Source of the DNA: Asterias rubens
Taxonomy: Eukaryota
Length of the DNA: 64,000 nucleotides
Assembly (NCBI RefSeq): GCF_902459465.1
Contig: NC_047071.1
Location: 3,286,001 to 3,350,000, forward strand
Direction of reading: 5' to 3'
In this document: in pieces, positions 1-9,600 of the stretch
Layout of the letters: every line of letters begins with the position of its first letter
Position numbering within the stretch: the stretch's first letter is position 1
Position numbers and translations under genes: made by a program
Notes under the pieces: generated by a model
What the model was told of the DNA's origin: nothing
The model's input: only the letters and a program-made list of their open reading frames with translations
Database searches by the model: none

Positions 1-693
1 TATATAACCATTTAGGGATTCTATAAAGATTGTACTTTAAGTAAATTTAGTATCTTCAATGTACAGTCATTATTAAACATGTCAAAGTGTTTACTACATG
101 GGAATGACCAAAGACACCTGGTATTTCAGCTCCGAAGTTCATGAAAATTTGACTTTGACTCTTTAAAGAATCAAGTCTTTTATACCATTCTCAGCTTTCT
201 AAGATGTTATGTAGTCTATATGTTGGGTAAGATTGGTTAACCTGAGTGAGTAGTCAATAGCATTGTTGTGTGACTGGTCGATTCTATAGGATATCTCTGA
301 CTTTATGTACCTAAGAAATCATCCAGAGTTGGGAATTATATACAAACTGTTTGTGGCTATAACCATAATTCCAGAATATTAAGAGAGCAAATCGGTAGTA
401 TAGTTTCACTAAACAAATTCATTTTATAAATGAAGCTCCGTCTATCTATACTTAACAAAGTAAGTCACAACAAAGATTTCATGTTGAAATTGTACTGGTT
501 TTAACCAATATTAAAGCAGTTCAGTGAAGACCAAAAAAAAGATCTTCAATCTGTATACAAGGGGCTCTCCCTTAAGAACAGAGAAGTGTGTTATTGCTAG
601 GAAAAGAGTTTTGACAAAGTGTATGTTTATAAAAACAGATTGAAAAACAAATATCTTATATAGCACCAAGCCAAAGTCAACCTAAAAACATAC

Positions 694-3600
694 CTTGTAA
701 AGTATTTGTAGTTCAGATAGAATCTGCTTTTGGACATCTGGAGTAATATCAACAGATATGACCTAGAAATAAAATAATAATAACCAAAATATAGCCACCT
801 TGTTTCTTCTTATTGTTTAAATTATTAAAAGCATCATTAAAAATGAACAACTATAATGGTAGTTACTTTTTCAAGTGCTTCATGTACATGTACATGTTCT
901 GAAAAACGGGATTGTTTTCAAGCATTTGTTTTTGTCAATTTGAAAGGTTAAATAAGGGCATCTTAGAAAGTACAATTATTTTGTTAAGACACTGCTCTAG
1001 AATTGCAAGGGTTATGGGTTCGAATCCCACCCGAGTAACATGCCTGTGATATTTTTTCACAGGACTCGGGAAAGTACTGAGTATACAGTGCTCATACTCA
1101 TCAGTGTATGGGTAAAAGCCAAAATTAATATTCTTTATCCCCGACGCAAATTTAACATCTTTTATATCGTTGCGGTACCCGCTGCCAAAACATAGGATTC
1201 GAACTGCCTCTAGCTGACGGGCAACCTCGGTAGTCTAGTTGGTAAGACACTGCTCTAGAATTGCAAGGGTTGTGGGTTCGAATCCCACCCGAGTAACATG
1301 CCTGTGATATTTTTTCACAGGACTGGGGAAAGTTCTGAGTATACGGTGCTAACACACATCGGTGTATGGGTTAAAAAACCAAAATTAATATTTTGTTATT
1401 ATTTACCTTGATTGCCATGATGTTATTTGTAGCAACGTGTCTTGCCCTGCAACAGAGAACAATAATTTTTATTTTATTTATTTTATGGAAACAATAATAT
1501 TCATTTATGACCAGGGCGGATGGTATAGAAAATAGACGGGACTACTACTTTAGCTTATAGGATCGTAATTAACTGTACTGCCGCGGAGTCAGTTCTGAAT
1601 TGGTCTCAACGTTTCGACTAGCTTGCTCCAGTCATCGTCTCCCGAACCTCCTATTATCTACTCCGCGACAGTAGACTAAGCCAGACAGTTCCCTAAGAAC
1701 AACTCTACCTGGCAAGTAGATACACACATGGTGTTACCTCAAACCAAATTATACATTGATACCTCATCATGCAATGCCTCAAATCCTATATAATAATATT
1801 CAAGTTATTTTGGTAATATCTGGTAATTTAAATATTGAGAAAAATACAGAAATAGAGATGCAGCAAGATTTGAGAAAATAGTAAGGGATGGTAAACACTA
1901 TAACTTTAAAGCCCTTATACACTTTCGGTACAGAAAAAAAAAAAAAAGTTCACAGATTTACAAATAATTTACAGGGTTTAAAGAAGGTAATGGTGAAAGA
2001 CTTCTCCTGAAATATTAGTCCATGAAATGCTTTACTTTTTGAGAAAACATTAAAATAATATCAATTCTCGATAGCGAGAATTACGGATTTATTTTAAACA
2101 CATATCATGACACGGCGAAACGTGCGGAAACAAGAGTGGGTTTTCCCGTTATTTTCTCCCGACTCCGATGACCAATTGAGCTTAAGTTTTCACAGGTTTA
2201 TGATTTTATATATAAGTTGTGATACACAAAGTGTGGGACTTGGACAATACTGTTTACCGAAAGTGTCCAATGGCTTTAATACTTTACCCTTACATTGATG
2301 TGTGTTTAGCACTGTACATTCATACTAAGAAAACAATTCAACACGCAAGTCACTTGCTTGGGATTCAACCCTAGTACGTTCAGTTTAATGATTCCCAAGT
2401 GAGGTTTATGGAGACCCCATGAAATCAAACTCTCTACTAGTTCTTCTCAGATCACCACAGCTTGACATGCAGAGAGATTTCAATAATTTAGTTTCTCTGC
2501 AAACCTCACTTTGTATTTCCACCATGCAAAGTTTCAAATCTTACTGCAGCGAGGACATCTCCTGGTGCTCTTTGTAACTGCCCTAGACAAGGCTTAATCA
2601 CACAGAAAGACTGAATCCTTCATACAAAACTTACTTCAGCGGCGACATCTCCTGGTGCTCTTTGTAATTGTTTTAGACAAGGTTAGCCACACACAGAAAG
2701 ACTGAATCCTTCATATAAAACTATCTTCAGGCATGAGATTTATGTTATAATGTCAATTTTGTCATCAACAAATGAGTTCCAAAGGTCTCTGAATTTGACA
2801 TTAAACAAAAAAGCTTTGGATATTATTTACGATTAGGTATATTATACAAATATTGACTGCTTTGAGTGCTCTGGTTAAAACTATGACTCCCGAGGTGATC
2901 CGGAGCGTTCTATTTTCCCGAGGTGAAGCCGAGGGAAAATAGAACACTACGGGGATCACCTCGGGAGTCATAGTTTTTAACCTTTGCACGAGTAAAAGCA
3001 GTCAATATTTTTTTTTTACACCCCAAACATTTCTAAAGACTGTACTATTATTATTAAGTTACAGACCTGAATGCTACAATCCACGGACGACGCGAATACA
3101 GATTGCAAACACTTTTACTGTGCTGCATGTAGTGTTGTGCAATCCGAAATGGTTACAGACTATTAGTTTATCATCCTCGTACACGCAACGGACGTCTGGG
3201 TACTGCACGCCATGTGCTAGTCTTCGGACTAGCGCACTTCGGACTAGCGCATGGCAAACCGACGCACTATCACACGGCCGTCGTCTAGCAAAACTAAGAC
3301 ATGTCATGTGACGCGCTCTAAACCAATGAGCAGGCAGAATACTTGCAAGGGGTGTTATAAGAATTATAATCAAATACATGTAGCCTGCTTTTACGAACTA
3401 GACACTCTGGGTATACCTTACTTTCAATAGAGATACAGAGCTTAGTAATGCAGTATTAGTTTGAAAACAACTGACATAATAATTATGTTGAATTTGAAGT
3501 GTAGAATTTATACTAATTGACTTTAACATGACAAGAGTCGAGCAAGATGTTTGATACGGTAAGAAATACTTACTTATACACAGATCCACTATGACCATGG

Positions 3601-6600
3601 CCAAGAACCTCGATATTTTGAATGTCACTCTCAGATATCTGATAAAAACCAAACAAAATTGCAGATAGTTTGCATTTTCATTGGGGTAATGGAGAAATTT
3701 GGCTGAAACATAAATTTGATCAAAATTTGTTTATCTTTGATCTAGTGCTAGTTCCACTACACAGTGTATATTATACACGTATATATCATTCGGTTGCATG
3801 CTTATATGTTTAGACTTGCCTTTTTGTAAACAACTTTAGGCCAGTTAGTTTTTTGAAAAAATAAGATCTTTTTGAGAACAAAAAATCTAATTAATGTTTT
3901 TTTTTTTTTTTTCAAAACTAAATAGTAGCCATTAAGTTATCCGCAAATTGGGAGGGGTGAAAATGATGTGCTTTAATTCTTCAGATTATAGAATGCTAGT
4001 GAAATTAATTTCTACAAGTACCTGTCCAGTTGCAAGTATCTCCCTTAGTTCTGCATCCTGTTGTCTCCTGGAAACCAAAAAGAATAACTATTTTACGTAT
4101 TACTTAAACTTATACCTACATGTAAACTTAACTGATAAGCACCCCCTAACTATAATTAACCTTACAATCACACACACTCACCCATGACTGACTGATTCAA
4201 AAAGGTCAAAAAGTCACTAGGTTACCCATAAAAGGACCATGAATTCAGACTCAGACAAAAATGTAAGAATACAACACCAGCAATCGGGGACCTCATACTG
4301 TCCCTCATTTTGTAACTTTTTGGCAACAGTTCCCATGGGTTTAGTGAACACCCCATTTTGTTTTGGTCCCCCAGTTACATACACACTCTGTGAACATGCT
4401 TTACTTCTGTCCGCTTGATCTTCAACACTGTAAAAAAAAACTGCGTAGATATGTGTGAGTCCACACTGTTTCAGTTCCCTGCATTATGTGGACACGCCAA
4501 TGTAAAGTTAGTCTAGTACCACAGAGTCACGTACCCATAATGTAGACTGATTCCGCTATCTGCACCTTTGGGGACAGTTCCTGTAGGGCTCGTGTACCAC
4601 AGAGTCGCGTACCCATAATGTAGACTGATTCCGCTATCTGCACCTTTGGGGACAGTTCCTGTAGGGCTTGTGTTTACCTATCATGCTCAGGACCACACCC
4701 CAATGTAAAGTTACTCTAGTACCACAGAGTCACGTACCCATAATGTAGACTGATTCCGCTATCTGCACCTTTGGGGACAGTTCCTGTAGGGCTTGTGTTT
4801 ACCTATAATGCTCAGGACCACACCCCAATGTAAAGTTAGTCTAGTACCACAGAGTCACGTACCCATAATGTAGACTGATTCCGCTATCTGCACCTTTGGG
4901 GACAGTTTCTGTAGGGTTTGTGTTTACCTATAATGCTCAGGACCACACCCCAATGTAAAGTTAGTCTAGTACCACAGAGTCACGTACCCATAATGTAGAC
5001 TGATTCCGCTATCTGCACCTTTGGGGACAGTTCCTGTAGGGCTTGTGTTTACCTATAATGCTCAGGACCACACCCCAATGTAAAGTTAATCTAGTACCAC
5101 AGAGTCACGTACCCATAATGTAGACTGATTCCGCTATCTGCACCTTTGGGGACAGTTCCTGTAGGGCTCGTGCTTACCTATAATGTTAATTTAAAAATCA
5201 CATCAAATCTTGTTTTAAGTCACGCATTATATAGGCAAGCATCAAAAAGAAAAGGTTAAAGTGCCGGGCAAAGCAAGCATTTGCACTGTAATTTTCATTT
5301 TGCGCCAGCATAGGATCCAAACTATACAGGGCTCTTTTTTATGAGAGCAAACTTTTGAATAAATCTATAGCCTTTCATTTTAGTGAAGAGACAGTTCACA
5401 CTGTTAACAACCAAGGACATCTCTAAGTCCTCATTATTATTCTACACGGTATGCAGACTTACTAAATACTGCATTTTCATTATTGCTTTGTAAAAGGCTC
5501 AACCTAATACACACAGATACAATGAGTGACACCAGGATAGAACAAAAAAAAAAAATTGAAATTAATATTTCTATACTTTATTGATAAATTCTGTGCATGT
5601 ATATGCATATTCACATGCAAAGATAAGTTCTTCAGCAGTATTTTGAATCAACTGTATGTTTATTCCAAGTATTTAAAGCCTTTCGGTACAGAAAAAAAAA
5701 AAAAAAAGTTCACAGATTTACAAATAATTTACAGGGTTTACAGAAGGTAATGGTGAAAGACTTCTCGTGAAATATTGTTCCATGAAATGCTTTTCTTTTT
5801 GAGAAACATTAAAACAATATCAATTCGAGCGAGAATTACGGATTTATTACAAACACATGTCATGACACGGCGAAACGCGCAAAAACAGGAGTGGGTTTTC
5901 CCGTTATTTTCTCCCGACTCCGATGACCGATTGAGCCTAAATTTTTACAGGTTTGTCATTTTATATATAAGTTGTGATTCACGAAGTGTGGGACTTGGAC
6001 AATACTGTTTAATGAAAGTGTATAATGGCTTTAAGATGAGTTCTTCAGAAGTAGGGCCTAGTACAAATCTTTATTGTAAGCGTTTAAATTCTTGATGATA
6101 CTTACTGTCAAGCCATGGATGTTTCGCCTCCCTGACTTTATAACTGTGCATTAAATACAAAAAGCAACATCATTCTCAAAAGCAAAAAGTGGTAACATTT
6201 ATAACATTATTAAACATTGATATGCCACATATTTGACATTACATGTTGGTTTAAAAACTCAGCCTTATTCAAATAAGGGGTAGCGGTTAAAGGAACACGT
6301 TGCCTTGGATCGGACGAGTTGGTTTATAAGCATCGTCTGTAACCCTTCTTCTTTTTTTTTAATGCATATGGTTGGAAAGATGTTTTAAAGTAAAATACAA
6401 TGATCCACACAAGTTTGCCTCGAAATTGCGTGGTTTTCCTTTTACTGTGCGAACTAACACGGTCGGCCATTTATGGGAGTAAAAAATTTGACTCCCATAA
6501 AAACACGGTCGGCCGTTTATGGGAGTCAAAAATTTGACTCCCATAAATTGCCGGCCGTGTTAGTCAACGAGGTAAAAGGAAAACCGTGCAATTTCAAGGC

Positions 6601-9600
6601 ATTTTTGTGTGGATCATTGTATTCTACTTTTACAACATCTTTCTACCCATATGCATTTTATAACAAACGGTTACAAACGCTTTTCAAACGACTGATCCAA
6701 GGCAACGTGTTCCTTTAAGACTCAAAGATGAATCGGACAGCACTATCAGTGAATTTTGTGATTCAAATAACTTGACTTATTATTTGGATTGAGTGGGCAC
6801 TATTGGTAATTACTCAAAATAATTATTAGAATTAAACCTTACTTGGTGACGAGCAATGGGGTGAGGTTGATGGTATAAATCAATGTGAGAAACGGCTCCC
6901 TCTGGAGTGACATAGTTTTCGAGAAAGAAGTACATGTTATTTTCCACGAATTTGATTTCGAGACCTCAGATTTAGAATTTGAGGTCTCGAAATCAACCAT
7001 CTAAACGCACACAACTTCGTGTGACAAGGGCGTTTTTTTCTTTCATTATCATCTCGCAACTTCGACGACCAATTGAGCTCAAATTTTCACAGGTTTGTTA
7101 TTTTATGTTCAGATACACCAAGTGAGAAGACTGGTCTTTAACAATGACCAATAGTGTCCACTGTCTTTAATCTATAAATAAGCATAAGAAACTTACCTCT
7201 TGGGTATATAACAAGAGGCGGAGCCATCTCGTTGGAACTTTCACTCTCAATTATAACTGACATGTACTACAAACAAACCAGAGATACAAATGAGAAAATA
7301 ACTTTCAGTGTTTCAGTTAAGGAAGGACCATCAACATCTATAGAGTAACTTATTTAAAAAGGTGCTTGTGTTAACATAACATTGGTGTACAGAACACAGT
7401 TACAAAATACATGTAATTCTCATACTCTATCAAGTTCCTTTGAATAAGTGTGTACAATTTAGGGTGAACAAAGAAAACTTGACTACATCAGGGTTTCAAC
7501 CTGAGACATCTTTATTAAAATGCTGTCACTTGTCCTGAGCTATAGTAGCCCTATGTTGGAGGTCTCCCTATTTTGTCAAAGTTTTATGGGGGAGTATTCA
7601 GTTGTGGGAATGTATTCAGAGGTTCTCCAACACGTTGCCTTGGATCGGTCGAGTTGGTCTTTGAAAAGCGTATGTAACCTTTTGTTATAAAATGCATACA
7701 GTTGTATGGTTAGAAAGATGTTTTAAAAGTAGAATATAATGATCCACACAAGTATCACTCGAAATTGCGTGGTTTTCCTCATACCTCGTCGACAACGTCG
7801 ACAAACACGGTCGGCCATTTATGGGAGTCAAATTTTTGACTGTGTGAGTGCGCAAAGTAAAAGGAAAACGACGCAATTTTGAGGCAAATGTGTCTGGATC
7901 ATTGTATTCTACTTTTAAAACATCTTTCTAACCATACGCATTTCATAACAAACGGTTTCAAAAGATTTTTATAGACCAACTCATCCGATCCAAGGCAACG
8001 TGTTCCTTTAAACTGCTGTATAGCCAGGGGGATCATTCCTGTGATACCATACAACCTGGGAAGCAATAGTGAGGGTTGTTATAAGTAACTACTACAAAGA
8101 CACTTACATATGCCATCATTGCTTGCATCTCATCATTACTTCTTACAGTAATACGATCACCATCTTCATCCTCATCTGTAAAAGAGTCAGTTGATACAAA
8201 TGGTTTTAAAACATGCTATCTCAATTCAATTCAATTCAATTCAATTCAATTCAATTCAATTCAATTCAGTTCAATTCAATTCAATTCAATTCAATTCAAT
8301 TCAATTGTTTATTGTCACACATATAAATACATATACAGTGAAATTCACTTCGGCTTGCAAGTCTAAAAATATTTAAAATTACAAAAATTACAAAAAATAC
8401 AGAAAACCCTTAAACCACATAGGCATACAATACTAACTAATTGTAGATTTCACAATCCAGTAAAATACACATTTCACTGGGATTGATTGGGATCCAAAAG
8501 CAGATTGTGCACCAAACACAACAACAGATTTCAAGTCATGTATCATGTGCCCCATCCCAACATGTAAAGATAATACAATCTAGTTGTATGATATGAAAGC
8601 AAGTTTCCTATTTAAAGCCATTATACCCTTTCAGTACAGAAACAAAAAAAAAGTTCACAGATTTACAAATAACTTAAAGGGTTTACTGAAGGTAATGGTG
8701 AAAGACTTCTCTTGAAATATTATTCCATGAAATGCTTTACTTTTTGAGAAAACAGTAAAACAATATCAATTCTCGATAGCGAGAATTACGGATTTATTAT
8801 AAACACATGTCATGACACGGCGAAACGCGCGGATACAAAGGTGGGTTTTCCCGTTATTTTCTCCCGACTCCGATGACCGATTGAGCCTAAATTTTCACAG
8901 GTTTGTTATTTGATATAGAAGTTGTGTAACACGAAGTGTGGGCCTTGGACAATACTGTTTACAAAAAGGGTCTAATGGCTTTAAGGACCAAACAATTAAA
9001 CAGGAACATGAAAAGAAAAGTTACTTAGCTTTTCCTTTTCTAGCTACATGTACACGTTGTATGTTGTAGAACAAAAAGCTTATTACATGATTAGATTTCT
9101 CCTCTCCCAAATGTTTTTCTATTAATATTATGTCAATCCTAAAACTTCCATTTCCAAATTACAGAGTTTATAGCATGAACCTGCATTGTAATGTATGTCA
9201 GGCACTTAAAGGCAGTAGACACTACTGGTAATTACTCAAATAATTATCAGCATAAAACCTCACTTGGTGACGAGTAATGTGGAGAGGTTGATGGTATAAA
9301 ACATTGTGAGAAACGACTCTCTCTGAAGTGACATAGTTTTCGAGAAAGAAGTAATTTTCCACAAATTTGATTTCGAGACCTCAAGTTTAGAATTTGAGGT
9401 CTCGAAATCAAGCATCTGAAAGCACACAACTTCGTGTGACAAGGGTGTTTTTTTCTTTCATAGTTATCTCGCCACTCCGATGACCAATCGAGCTCAAATT
9501 TTCACAGGTTTGTTATTTTATGCATATGTTGAGATACACCAGGTGAGAAGACTGGATTTTAACAACTACCAATAATGTCCAGTGTCTTTAAAGTCTTAAG

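Noticed and set aside
1220-1295. Possible tRNA gene (cloverleaf-like, TCTAGAA loop)
   Set aside because: Imperfect stems, and it is fused to a repeated non-tRNA tail found three times in the window, so it is better explained as a SINE head. tRNAscan-SE would settle it.
4497-5185. CRISPR-like appearance of the 125-bp and 81-bp arrays
   Set aside because: Units are near-identical along their whole length with no unique spacers, no cas genes, and a eukaryotic context.
6359-6718. ORFs [13 protein letters not shown]... and [10 protein letters not shown]... (also at 7685 and 31188-31450)
   Set aside because: They lie within K3 MITE palindromes and are open on both strands because of symmetry.
8191-8376. 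ORF with IQFNS repeats
   Set aside because: Translation of the (AATTC)n microsatellite.
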